Source: an uncultured Gemmatimonadales bacterium (GTDB taxonomy: Bacteria; Gemmatimonadota; Gemmatimonadetes; Gemmatimonadales; Gemmatimonadaceae). From it: a stretch of 64,000 bases of DNA. Every line of letters starts with the position of its first letter. The first letter of the stretch is position 1. The stretch covers positions 288,001 through 352,000 of the forward strand of contig CAVPQB010000006.1 in assembly GCA_963707505.1 (NCBI GenBank). Reading direction: 5' to 3'. The translations under genes were made by a program, and so were the position numbers. The notes below the pieces were generated by a model. The model saw nothing but the letters and a program-made list of their open reading frames with translations, had not been told where the DNA came from and did no database searches. Of the stretch, positions 50,623-61,179 are shown piece after piece.

Positions 50623-51125
50623 ATAGCATGACCATCGATGATTCCAGATCAGTCGCGTTGCGTACGGTCGCAGCTACCGTCGCAGTCACGATTCTCACAC
50701 TGTTCGCTGCATGCTCGAAGGGAGACGGCACCAAGACGGCGTTCGACGCTGGCATGGCGCGTCCTGATACCTATCCGATCATGCTGAACAAGGAGATGCC
50801 GTTCCGATATCCGCCAGCGTTGTACGCCGAGAAGGTGCAGGGCAACGTGACGTTGCGATTGTATGTGGACAAGGATGGATCGGTGATCGATGATTCGACA
50901 CGCGTGATCGAATCGTCCAGCATCGCACCGCTGGATTCAGCGGCGATCAAGGGGTCGCGCGAGCTCAAGTTCGTTCCCGCCAAGCTGCGCGGCACTCCGA
51001 TGCCGGTGTCGATCCTGTTCCCGGTATATTTCCGCCATCCAGACGCGCCGCCACCGCCGGGGGATTCCATTCTCAAGAAGAACGTCGCGGGCACTGATAG
51101 TGCGGCGAAGGGCCCCGCGAAATAG
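50619..51125 (+). CDS. TonB C-terminal-domain protein with lipobox-like signal
   Basis: YPPAL, VQGNV, SSIAPLDSAA, FVPA; LFAAC. Confidence 0.8.
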   Translation: MNSMTIDDSRSVALRTVAATVAVTILTLFAACSKGDGTKTAFDAGMARPDTYPIMLNKEMPFRYPPALYAEKVQGNVTLRLYVDKDGSVIDDSTRVIESSSIAPLDSAAIKGSRELKFVPAKLRGTPMPVSILFPVYFRHPDAPPPPGDSILKKNVAGTDSAAKGPAK

Positions 51126-51182
51126 GTCGCGTCAAAATGTCGCCACGCCCGGTAAGCAGGCGCAAATCGAGATAGTAGCAAT

Positions 51183-52581
51183 ATGTCAATAAAACGAAAC
51201 GAGCGGCCATACGACAACGTTCTCGAGACGATCGGGTGGACGCCTCTGATCCGGCTGCATCACGTGACGCGCGGAATCCGGACGCCGGTGTACGCCAAGG
51301 CTGAGTTCTTCAATCCCGGCGGATCGGTCAAGGATCGAATCGGGCTTCCGATCATCGAACGGGCGGAGCGGGAGGGAAAGCTCAAGCCGGGCGGAACGAT
51401 CGTCGAGGGCACGAGCGGCAACACCGGTGTCGGTCTCGCGATCGCCGCGGCGCTGCGCGGCTACAAGTGCATCTTCACGATGCCCGACAAGATGTCGCAG
51501 GAAAAGGTACGTCTGCTCAAGGCGTTCGGCGCGGAAGTGATCGTCACGCCGACCGCCGTTCGCACCGGATCATCCGGACAACTACGTGATGATGGCGAAG
51601 CGGATCGCGGAAGAGACGCCGAACGCGATCCTCGCGGATCAGTTCTACAACGAGGCCAACCCTGATGCGCACTACGCGACGACTGGTCCCGAGCTGTGGG
51701 AGCAGACCGAAGGAAAGATCACGCACTTCGTCGGCGTCGGCGGGAACAGGCGGTACGATCACCGGCGTCGGACGCTACCTCAAGGAGCGCAATCCCGAAG
51801 ATCAAGATCATTGCTGGCGATCCGACAGGCTCGATACTGGCCGAGTACTGGCGGAGCAATGGCGAGCACAAGATCGAGGGGAACGCCGTACAAGGTCGAG
51901 GGAATCGGGCAGGACAAGCTTCCCGGAACGCTCGACATGAGTGTGATCGACGAGTATCACACAGTGAGCGACAAGGACTCGTTCGCGATGGCGCGGCGGC
52001 TGACGCGCGAGGAAGGGCTTGTTCGTTGGCGGATCGTCGGGCTTCATCACGCACGTCGCTCTCAGATCGCGCGCGAGCTCGACGATCCGAACGCATTGGT
52101 CGTGACGATCCTGTGCGACACTGGCGAGCGATATCTCTCCAAGCTGTACAGCGACGAGTGGATGCGTGAGAACCAGATGCTCGAAGCCGACATGTCACGC
52201 TCGCCGACATGCTCGGCCGCAAGGATGCGAGTGCGCCGGCGAGTCGTGAGCGTCGCGCCGGCATCGAGGGTGCGGCAGGCCCTCGGTCTCATGGTGCTGC
52301 ACGACGTGTCGCAGCTTCCGGTGATGGATGGCGATGAGTGTGTTGGATCTGTCGTCGAGGCAACGTTGTCGCAACGGGGATTGGAAACACCGGCGTTGCT
52401 CGAAGCGACTGTACGCGAGGTGATGGATGCGCCGTTTCCGTCGCTGGCGAGCGATGAAGCGATCGAGTTTGCGGTGAAGCTGTTGTCAAAGAGTACGCCT
52501 GCTGTGCTGGTACATGATCATGGTCGTGTCGAAGGAATAGTTACGCGCTCGGACATGCTTCGCTTCATGATGGGGCGGTAG
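51183..52581 (+). CDS. Cystathionine beta-synthase-like PLP enzyme with C-terminal CBS domains; multiple apparent frameshifts
   Basis: NPGGSVKDR, TSGNTG, GTGGTITG (shifted frame), YKVEGIG, DTGERYLSK, CBS pair. Confidence 0.88.
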
Positions 52582-52586
52582 GAATC

Positions 52587-53606
<1,020 letters not shown>

Positions 53607-53629
53607 GACGAAAGGTCGCGCAGGGATCC

Positions 53630-54562
53630 ATGGAAACGTCAACCGAATTCAACGCAGCGGATTTTGAGCCTGGCGTCGGCATAACACCGGCGGTCCAGTG
53701 GCTCATCGCGCTCAACGCACTGGTTTATTTCATCCAGCTGACGTCGCCAGTCGGGACGGCGGACGTTGCGGCGTGGCTGGGTCTGTCGGCGACGGAGTTT
53801 CCCGCCCACTGGTGGGCGATCGGCACATACATGTTCGTACACGCGGGCTTTGCGCACATCGCGACGAACATGATCATGCTGTGGATGTTCGGCCCGCGCG
53901 TGGAACGCGCGTTCGGCTCGCGAGCGTTCACCTACTTCTATCTCTGGTGTGGTCTCGGCGGCGGAATATTCCACCTGCTGTTCGAGCAGCACAGTGGAGT
54001 GATCGGTGCATCCGGCGCGGTTGTCGGTGTAGTTCTCGCGTACGCGCTCAAGTGGCCCGACGACGAGGTCTACATACTCGGCGTCATGCCGATTCGCGCG
54101 GTGTGGCTCGCGGTGTGGACGATCGCGTGGAACGTGGGTATGGCGTTCGCGGACTTCACGGGATATTCCAGCGGCTCTGTCGCGTTCATGACGCACGTCG
54201 GCGGTCTCGTCTTCGCGTGGATCTATCTGCACGCACCGAATAGCTCGAGCTTCGACAAGATTCGCCGCCACGTTGCGACTGTGCCCGATGATTCCAATCC
54301 GCAGCCGATTCCCAAGATGCAGCGTCCGCAGAAGCGTCGCGACGGATTGCCAAGTGCGGATGAAGCGGTGGCGCGCAGTAACGCGATAGTGAAGCGGCGC
54401 CCGCAGACTCCGATGATATCGGCACCGAATCCGAATCCAAAACCGCGCGCGGAAGACGTGAATGGATTGCTGGACAAGATTTCCAGGGAAGGCATGGGGA
54501 GTTTGTCCGGTGACGAGCGAGCGCTGCTGCAGGAGATTTCGCGGAAGCTGCGCGGGTCATAA
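53630..54562 (+). CDS. Rhomboid intramembrane protease with C-terminal DUF6576-like helix
   Basis: HIATNM, GASG, HVGG; LLDKISREGMGSLS. Confidence 0.92.
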   Translation: METSTEFNAADFEPGVGITPAVQWLIALNALVYFIQLTSPVGTADVAAWLGLSATEFPAHWWAIGTYMFVHAGFAHIATNMIMLWMFGPRVERAFGSRAFTYFYLWCGLGGGIFHLLFEQHSGVIGASGAVVGVVLAYALKWPDDEVYILGVMPIRAVWLAVWTIAWNVGMAFADFTGYSSGSVAFMTHVGGLVFAWIYLHAPNSSSFDKIRRHVATVPDDSNPQPIPKMQRPQKRRDGLPSADEAVARSNAIVKRRPQTPMISAPNPNPKPRAEDVNGLLDKISREGMGSLSGDERALLQEISRKLRGS

Positions 54563-54607
54563 GAGCGAGCTTCATTGTGGCGCAGGCTGTCCAAAAGCTT
54601 GACATCT

Positions 54608-54674
54608 CCGCGAAAGCGGGAACTTCAAGACTCGTCATTCCCCGCAAAAACACTCCCCAGGACTCGTCATTCCC
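54608..54674 (+). repeat. Degenerate fragments of the REP family
   Basis: CCGCGAAAGCGGGAA at 54608; GACTCGTCATTCCC at 54629 and 54661. Confidence 0.65.
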
Positions 54675-54719
54675 GGTCTCCCGGGATTGTCATCGCGCTT
54701 GTCAAACTAGATTTGTAGC

Positions 54720-55130
54720 ATGCCAAAGCCACAACTGCTCGAAGTGTTTCCGAATCCTTACGCCGATCGGGACTATGAGATTCACATGGACTGTCCCGAG
54801 TTCACGTCGCTCTGTCCGCTTGGCGGGATCGAAGGCGATGCGAGTGATCTGACTGCACTCGAAGGCGGCGCTCCGGATTTCGCGACGATTCGAATCACGT
54901 ATTTTCCGGGAGATTCCTGCGTGGAGCTGAAGAGCCTCAAGCTCTATCTGTGGAGCTTCCGCAATGATGGGATCTTCTACGAGCGCGCGGTCAATCGAAT
55001 TCTGGATGATATCGTCGAGCGCGTGAAGCCGAAGTGGATGCGTGTTGTTGGTGATTTCAATCTGCGCGGCGGGATCAAGTCGGTGATCACGGCCTCCAAT
55101 GGAACCAGACCGGACACACGGAATCTCTGA
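54720..55130 (+). CDS. queF: preQ0 reductase QueF (type I)
   Basis: PEFTSLCP, PDFA, ELKSLKLY QueF motif, RGGI. Confidence 0.93.
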   Translation: MPKPQLLEVFPNPYADRDYEIHMDCPEFTSLCPLGGIEGDASDLTALEGGAPDFATIRITYFPGDSCVELKSLKLYLWSFRNDGIFYERAVNRILDDIVERVKPKWMRVVGDFNLRGGIKSVITASNGTRPDTRNL

Positions 55131-55136
55131 ACAGGA

Positions 55137-55649
55137 TTACATCGATCCAAGGGCGAGATCGGCACACGCGACGGGCGCGGTAGCAGACGCGGTAGTAGAC
55201 GCGGTAGCAGGCGTTGCGGGAGTCGCGACGACAGCGTAGGAAGCCGAAGGGGATAGTGTTTCCGGAATGGCGGCTTCGGCAGCGCCAGATCCATCTGCAT
55301 GGATGTTGAAGTCGGCGTATCTGTTGGTCGGACCAATGATGTTGCCCTGTGAGGCGCAACTGCCGGACCTGAGACTCCAGGCGTACGTTTCGCCCGCCAC
55401 ACTATTCTCGACCGAGATAAGGACGTGTGCCCATCCCGGAGTGGGGCTGGGCGTTACGGATGCAGCTCCGGCGATGCCAGCCGTTCCGGCACCATGTATG
55501 GCGCCGAGCCACAAGGGAGTTGGCTTGGGCGGCGGTAAAACGCCGAGTGTGTTGGGTGCATCGTAGGATTGGGCCGCGCACGCGGCACAGGCAGCTCCGA
55601 TCGCTGCTATGGCGGCAAAGTGACGAAGGACGTTGGAAACCGATGGCAT
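55137..55649 (-). CDS. Lipoprotein with Cu/Zn-SOD-like topology lacking the His ligands
   Basis: Lipobox-like CAAC; YAWSLRSGSC, DGSG, VACADL. Confidence 0.5.
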   Translation of the reverse strand: MPSVSNVLRHFAAIAAIGAACAACAAQSYDAPNTLGVLPPPKPTPLWLGAIHGAGTAGIAGAASVTPSPTPGWAHVLISVENSVAGETYAWSLRSGSCASQGNIIGPTNRYADFNIHADGSGAAEAAIPETLSPSASYAVVATPATPATASTTASATAPVACADLALGSM

Positions 55650-55725
55650 TTCGGCCAGATTAATGCAATTTCCGGGCACAGAGACCGCGACAGTCGCGTT
55701 GTCGATCAATTCAATTCAATTGTCA

Positions 55726-56109
55726 ATGCCATCCAGGTTTTTCGGACTACGCACCGTCATTTATCACGTGTCGGATCTACAGGCCGCGAAGCGATGGTAC
55801 GCGCTCGCGACGGGCATCGAGCCGTACTTCGACGAGTCATTCTACGTGGGCTTCAACATCGGTGGTTTCGAGCTGGGACTGGATCCGGATCCCGCGAGTG
55901 GCACGAGCGGAACCGGCGGGACGACGGCTTACTGGGGAGTGGAGAGTGTCGAGCGTGCTCTCGTGGATCTCGTCGGAGCAGGGGCAACGCTCAAGGCGCC
56001 GGCGACGGACGTCGGCGATGGGATTCGCGTAGCGATCGTGCTGGATCCATTCGGCAACGACCTGGGCGTCATAGAGAATCCACACTTCAAGCTGGTCGAC
56101 GTGGGCTGA
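55726..56109 (+). CDS. VOC/glyoxalase-family protein
   Basis: LRTVIYHVSDL, ELGLD, YWGV, DPFGN. Confidence 0.88.
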   Translation: MPSRFFGLRTVIYHVSDLQAAKRWYALATGIEPYFDESFYVGFNIGGFELGLDPDPASGTSGTGGTTAYWGVESVERALVDLVGAGATLKAPATDVGDGIRVAIVLDPFGNDLGVIENPHFKLVDVG

Positions 56110-56120
56110 CCATCGGTGTT

Positions 56121-57350
56121 CTAGCGCGCTTCTCCTGCCGTTCCAAACATCACTCCGTGCTTCTCCGGACCGAAGTACGTCAACACTGCAATCACCACGG
56201 CAGCGCACGCGGCGACAACCGCCAGCGCATACGCGTAGTTCCCGCCATGGCTCGCAGCAAACCCCGCCTGTAACGCGGCGTTCCCCGAGGCCAGCAGATT
56301 ACCAAGCTGATACGCGAAACCCGGGAAGGTTCCGCGCACCTCGTCCGGTGACAGCTCGTTGAGATGAACCGGAATCACGCCCCACGCTCCCTGCACGGCA
56401 ACCTGCATCAGGAACGCGCCGAGCCCAAGTAAAATCGGTGTCGCGCTGAACGCCCACAATGGTATGATCGGCAACGCGATCAGCGCTCCAAACACGATAG
56501 CCTTTCTTCGTCCGATGCGCTGCGACAGTGCACCAAACGCGAGACCACCGGTTATCGCCCCGACGTTGCCGATGATCGACACGATACTCACCGTGTGCGT
56601 CGTGAACTTGTGCTGGATCTGCAAGAAGGCCGGATACAGATCCTGTGTGCCGTGACTGAACAGATTGAACGCGGTCATGAGCACGACCACGTAGATGAAC
56701 AACGGCCAGCGCTTCTTCAACACGCTCATCAGACTCTGCGTCGGCCGCTCGCGCATCCTGTTCCACGCCGGCGATTCCTGCACATTGCGGCGAATGAACA
56801 ACACCAGCAACGCCGGCAACACGCCGACCATGAACATGCCGCGCCAGCCGATACGATCGAACAACAAGCCGTACACAACAGACGCGAGCAGATAACCGAA
56901 CGGATATCCAGTCTGAAGAATCCCCGACGCTATCCCGCGTGCCTTCGGTGGAATGGTCTCCATGGTGAGCGATGCGCCGAGTCCCCACTCGCCGCCCATC
57001 GCGAATCCGAATGCCGTACGCAACACCAGCAGTGCAACGATCGATGGTGCAAATGCCGACGCGAATTCCAGTATCGAGAACAGCAGGATATCGATCATCA
57101 ACACCGGTCTGCGGCCAAACCTGTCGGCCAACATCCCGAACACGAGGGCTCCAGCGGGGCGCGCAGCGAGCGTCAACGTTATCGCAACCGCGACGGCCTT
57201 GATATCAGTCCCGAACTCCTTCGCGATGGCGCCCAGCATGAACACCATGAGGAAGAAATCGAACGCGTCGAGAGTCCAGCCGAGGAAGCTCGCGATGAGC
57301 GCGCTCCGCTGGTTACGATCAAACTCCTTCCACTCGCTCATCACGCTCAT
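56121..57350 (-). CDS. MFS transporter, sialate:H+/carboxylate symporter (SHS)-like
   Basis: GWTLDAFDF, MGGEWG, NLFSHGTQDLYP, YQLGN; ATGA overlap with the upstream regulator. Confidence 0.9.
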   Translation of the reverse strand: MSVMSEWKEFDRNQRSALIASFLGWTLDAFDFFLMVFMLGAIAKEFGTDIKAVAVAITLTLAARPAGALVFGMLADRFGRRPVLMIDILLFSILEFASAFAPSIVALLVLRTAFGFAMGGEWGLGASLTMETIPPKARGIASGILQTGYPFGYLLASVVYGLLFDRIGWRGMFMVGVLPALLVLFIRRNVQESPAWNRMRERPTQSLMSVLKKRWPLFIYVVVLMTAFNLFSHGTQDLYPAFLQIQHKFTTHTVSIVSIIGNVGAITGGLAFGALSQRIGRRKAIVFGALIALPIIPLWAFSATPILLGLGAFLMQVAVQGAWGVIPVHLNELSPDEVRGTFPGFAYQLGNLLASGNAALQAGFAASHGGNYAYALAVVAACAAVVIAVLTYFGPEKHGVMFGTAGEAR

Positions 57351-58027
57351 CCGAGCAGGTCGAACCTCACTCCACGCCGTGCTCGGCGACGTTTTCTGGG
57401 ACCGTACCTGAAGAGTTGCGCTGGGCGGCCGCGACCCTCGCTGCGCCATTCATCGGTCGGCTCGACGAGCGCGGCGGCAGTGAGCGCGCGACGGAAGCTC
57501 GCCTTGTGCAGGCGCCGTCCAAGCAGCAGCTCGTACATGTGCTGCAGCTCGCTCAACGTGAACGTCGCCGGTAACAACTTGAAGGCGACCGGATACAGGT
57601 CCAACCGATCGCGGACAGCGTTCACGGACTCCTGCAGCATCTGACTCTGGCGCGCACTGAGCGGCGGAAGATCGCTCAGGAGAAACCACTGGAACTCATC
57701 ACCCTGCACCGTCGCCTCGCCCATTGGAACGAGCGCGACGTACACGATCGACAGATCGGATTCGCCAGGATGCGGACCGTCGCTGAAAGCGCCGACCTGT
57801 GTGCTCCAGATCGACGCGCCACCTGCGCTGCGCTTGATCGTGCGCTGTGCAAGATCGTCGAGCCCCTCGCCATTCCGCGACGCACTCCACGGAAGTACCC
57901 AGCGCACAGACTTCTCTCGACCTTCGCTGCGCTGCTCGAGCAACACCGCGAGCTGGTTGTCGCGTGGAGTAAGTGCGACTACGTCAACGGTGTAATGCTG
58001 ACGTTTCACCCGGGGCTCTCTGGTCAC
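57347..58027 (-). CDS. NrtR-family regulator (degenerate Nudix domain + winged HTH)
   Basis: TVDVV, VLL, WVLP Nudix fold with eroded box; LLPATFTLSELQHMYE, KASFRR, GRPAQLFRY wHTH; Arg-rich tail. Confidence 0.9.
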   Translation of the reverse strand: MTREPRVKRQHYTVDVVALTPRDNQLAVLLEQRSEGREKSVRWVLPWSASRNGEGLDDLAQRTIKRSAGGASIWSTQVGAFSDGPHPGESDLSIVYVALVPMGEATVQGDEFQWFLLSDLPPLSARQSQMLQESVNAVRDRLDLYPVAFKLLPATFTLSELQHMYELLLGRRLHKASFRRALTAAALVEPTDEWRSEGRGRPAQLFRYGPRKRRRARRGVRFDLLG

Positions 58028-58032
58028 GCAGC

Positions 58033-58062
58033 ATATTAGTCACATATTGTAACTAATGTCAA
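58033..58062 (-). promoter_or_regulatory. Sigma70 promoter of the NrtR-like gene with overlapping 23-bp palindromic operator (58035-58057)
   Basis: TTGACA-N18-TAATAT, 5 nt before GTG; ATTAGTCACATATTGTAACTAAT covers the spacer. Confidence 0.8.
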
Positions 58063-58113
58063 GGATGGAATGCGAATGCCTTGTGACAACTTCGTTGCTG
58101 GTGATATACGACT

Positions 58114-59928
58114 TCAGGGAGTGATGGTCAACCCGTCGCCGCGCTTCGCGACTGGCGGTATTGTGATCGGAAGATGGCCGGATGCAGGCAAGAGGCCAGT
58201 TATTACTTGAGCTGCCGATTGCTGGCTGGCGTTCGCACCATCCCATCCCACGACGTAGGTAGGAGTGCTGGGAATCTGTGAAAGCAGATAGGGGTTTCCG
58301 AACGAAACCACCACAACCTTGCGGCCCCTGGCGACAAGACCGGAGAGCCAATCAGCGAACGCCTGTGGCGCATCGACACTCGTGACGTTCCAGCTCTGCC
58401 CTACATATGATGAGACGACGGTCACATCTGCGGAGTCGGCCATCGCTGCAAGACGAGGATAGTTGACGGCTGGATCGTCCGACATGACGAATTCCGCACG
58501 CGTCGCAGGCGCCAGTCTGGCGAGCGCGGCGTTGAAGATCTGGCCAGCGCCGAGGTCTGTACGACGCGCAACGGTCACCGAAAGGACCTTCGTGTTTGCA
58601 GAAAGCTTGAGCGGCAACAAGTGCGACGAATCGCGAACGACTGTTATCGATCTGTTCGCTGCCTGCTGTGCCAGCGCGAGATGCGCGCTGTCGCCCACCG
58701 TGGCGCGCAGCGAATCGAGGTTCGCGAAACGGTCGCGGTCGAGCTTCAGCTTGCGCTTCATGGCGAGTATGCGCCTCGCCGACTCCGATACGCGAGTCTC
58801 GCTGTAACGTCCCTCGCTTACTCCAGCGATCACCGCGTCGATCGCCGCAGGAACGTCGAGGGGCTGGATCAGCACGTCGACGCCGGCTGCTACAGCACGC
58901 TTGATCGCTTCCGTCGAGCCGTACTTGTCGGTCACGCCCTTCATGTCCATGGCATCGGAGATGACGAGTCCGTTGAATCCCAGCTCCTTGCGTAGCAGTC
59001 CGGTTACCACGTTCGACGAGAGCGTTCCTGGCGCGCCGCTGCTATCGAGCGCTGGCATGGAGCCGTGGAATGTCATCACTGCGCCGACTCCGGCCTTGAT
59101 CGCGGCGCGGAACGGGACCAGCTCCACCGTATCGAGCCGAGCTCGGCTCACGTTCACGATCGGGAGGGCGAGGTGAGAGTTGGTCTCAGTGTCGCCGTGC
59201 CCCGGGAAGTGTTTCGCCGTGGCGATCATCCCGTTGTCCTGCAATCCGTGTATGAAGGAGACGCCGAGCCGCGCGACCTCATGCGGGTCCTCACCGTATG
59301 AGCGGGTGTTGATGACGGGGTTCGCCGGATTGTTGTTGACGTCCAGGACCGGGGAAAAGTCGATGTGGATACCGAGTGCGCGGCCCTCGATGGCGGTGAC
59401 CCGTCCTTCGGTGTACGTGAGCGCCGTGTCATTCGCCGCGCCGTATGCCATCTCTGATGGAAAGACCGTGGCGCCGCCGAGGTCGATACCGTTGGGGACG
59501 AAGTAGCCGCCGCGCGCACGCATGCCTGCGCCCGTTTCGAGGTCGGCGCCGACCAGCAGCGGAAGGGCGCTCATGCGCTGGAGCGTGTTGAGCTTGACCG
59601 CCATCTCGATGGGTGATCCGATGGACATCAGGATCCCGCCCACCTTTTGATCGGTGACATACGACGTGACCTTGCGCCAGGTCGCCGCATCGGTCGGTAC
59701 GTAGTCGGCGTAGATGTTGGGCCAGACCATCTGGGCAGCGCGATCCTTCAGCGTCATGGTGGTCAGAACCGAGTCAGCCCACCGATTGGCGTCAGATTCG
59801 ACCGCTGACCGCGAGTTGCCGGCCGCCTGCGCGGCGGCGGACGAGATTGGCGTCGCGAGCGGGCACAGCGCGGCGGTAGCCGCGAACATGGCGGCTCTCA
59901 GATGGTTGGTCGCATGTCTCGAATGCAT
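58114..59928 (-). CDS. GH3 beta-N-acetylhexosaminidase (NagZ-like, two-domain, exported)
   Basis: PVLDVNNNP, INTRS, KHFPGHG, ISDAMDM; signal peptide; start uncertain. Confidence 0.9.
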   Translation of the reverse strand: MHSRHATNHLRAAMFAATAALCPLATPISSAAAQAAGNSRSAVESDANRWADSVLTTMTLKDRAAQMVWPNIYADYVPTDAATWRKVTSYVTDQKVGGILMSIGSPIEMAVKLNTLQRMSALPLLVGADLETGAGMRARGGYFVPNGIDLGGATVFPSEMAYGAANDTALTYTEGRVTAIEGRALGIHIDFSPVLDVNNNPANPVINTRSYGEDPHEVARLGVSFIHGLQDNGMIATAKHFPGHGDTETNSHLALPIVNVSRARLDTVELVPFRAAIKAGVGAVMTFHGSMPALDSSGAPGTLSSNVVTGLLRKELGFNGLVISDAMDMKGVTDKYGSTEAIKRAVAAGVDVLIQPLDVPAAIDAVIAGVSEGRYSETRVSESARRILAMKRKLKLDRDRFANLDSLRATVGDSAHLALAQQAANRSITVVRDSSHLLPLKLSANTKVLSVTVARRTDLGAGQIFNAALARLAPATRAEFVMSDDPAVNYPRLAAMADSADVTVVSSYVGQSWNVTSVDAPQAFADWLSGLVARGRKVVVVSFGNPYLLSQIPSTPTYVVGWDGANASQQSAAQVITGLLPASGHLPITIPPVAKRGDGLTITP

Positions 59929-60230
59929 GAAGTCAAAGGTAATTGCCAGCGAAGTCGCCGGAAAACATCGCCGACCACTGTGGCACTCGCGCAACAGATG
60001 GCGCTGTTTTGGCCGTGTGGTGCCACACTTTCCGTGGCCGGGCCGTCGTGAATCGGAGCGTTTTCGGTACTTTCGGCGACTTTCGTTACTCAATCCGCCA
60101 ATTTGTTGATGCGCGATGTAGAATCCAGGACTATTATACTCGTAACTTTTTGTTTTCAGCTCGTGGCCCAGAGTGTGTTTGCTGGAACGCGACGGTCGGC
60201 GCTGCGCGCTCTTTTGGCCATTTGGTTCAT

Positions 60231-61118
60231 ATGAAGCACCATAAACTCACGGTAGGATCATTAGCGGTACTTCTCGTTGCTGCCTTTTCGGCTGCTACGT
60301 CAGTATCCGCGCAGGCCGTGAGGCGTGATACCGTACCACGCGCGGCTCAGAAGCCGGTCGTGCGGGCAGCGTCCGTCGATTCGCTGGTCGAGTGCTCGCC
60401 GGTCGCGGCTCCAGTCAAGAAGAAGCCGGCGTTGCGGCGCAAGGCTCCAGTCCGCAAGGTGGCTTCGAACGTGGCACCCAAGCCGAAGCCGACGACAACT
60501 AGCAACGCGCACCGTCCGGTAGTACGTCGCGCGCGTCGTGTCGCTCCCAAGGCCAAGCCAGCTGCCGCTCATTCGACGACCGTCGTCATGTGCCGTCCGG
60601 TGCGTCCGGCGCCGGCGCTCGCCGAGGGCACGCCAACTGAGCAGTCGGTGATTCCAGTGCCGCAGCTCGCCACGGCGACGCCGCCTGCAACGCCGGTTGC
60701 CGACGAAGAGGGGCCGCCGATTTTCGTATCGACGGCGCCGGGAATGCCAATGGCTGCGGCTGGTGGCGGGCGGTCCTGGCTGCCGTTCGGGCTCGTTCCC
60801 GCGATCTTCATCCCGTTCGTTCACAACGGAAAGACCCACAACGGGACTACGACGCCGATCGACACCACGACGACGAAACCGCCGGTGGATACGACCGCGA
60901 CGCCACCGGATACAACGACGAAGACGCCACCCGACACGACGAAGACGCCAGGTACCCCGCCAGACACGACGCCAGTGATTCCGCCGCCGGGCGACACTGT
61001 ACCGGTTATTCCTCCGGTCGTACCCCCCACAACTGTGCCGGAGCCGGGTACACTGGTGTTGCTGGGATCAGGGTTGCTGGGACTGGCGGGGGTAGTACAG
61101 CGCAGGCGTAAGAAGTAG
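60231..61118 (+). CDS. PEP-CTERM-sorted low-complexity surface protein
   Basis: Signal peptide; VPEPGTLVLLGSGLLGLAGVVQRRRKK; PPDTT repeats. Confidence 0.88.
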   Translation: MKHHKLTVGSLAVLLVAAFSAATSVSAQAVRRDTVPRAAQKPVVRAASVDSLVECSPVAAPVKKKPALRRKAPVRKVASNVAPKPKPTTTSNAHRPVVRRARRVAPKAKPAAAHSTTVVMCRPVRPAPALAEGTPTEQSVIPVPQLATATPPATPVADEEGPPIFVSTAPGMPMAAAGGGRSWLPFGLVPAIFIPFVHNGKTHNGTTTPIDTTTTKPPVDTTATPPDTTTKTPPDTTKTPGTPPDTTPVIPPPGDTVPVIPPVVPPTTVPEPGTLVLLGSGLLGLAGVVQRRRKK

Positions 61119-61144
61119 AGGCAGCAAGCTCAGAGAGTCTCCAG

Positions 61145-61169
61145 CCTGCTTTCGCGGGGATGACGAGTC
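61145..61169 (-). repeat. Single REP unit of the same family
   Basis: Reverse complement reads GACTCGTCATCCCCGCGAAAGCAGG; lies between convergent genes. Confidence 0.65.
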
Positions 61170-61179
61170 TTCCCGCGCC

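Noticed and set aside
54563..54719. preQ1 riboswitch upstream of queF
   Set aside because: No recognisable preQ1 aptamer; region is REP debris and queF appears leaderless
55706..55727. TCAAT repeats before the VOC gene
   Set aside because: Too short to distinguish from simple slippage
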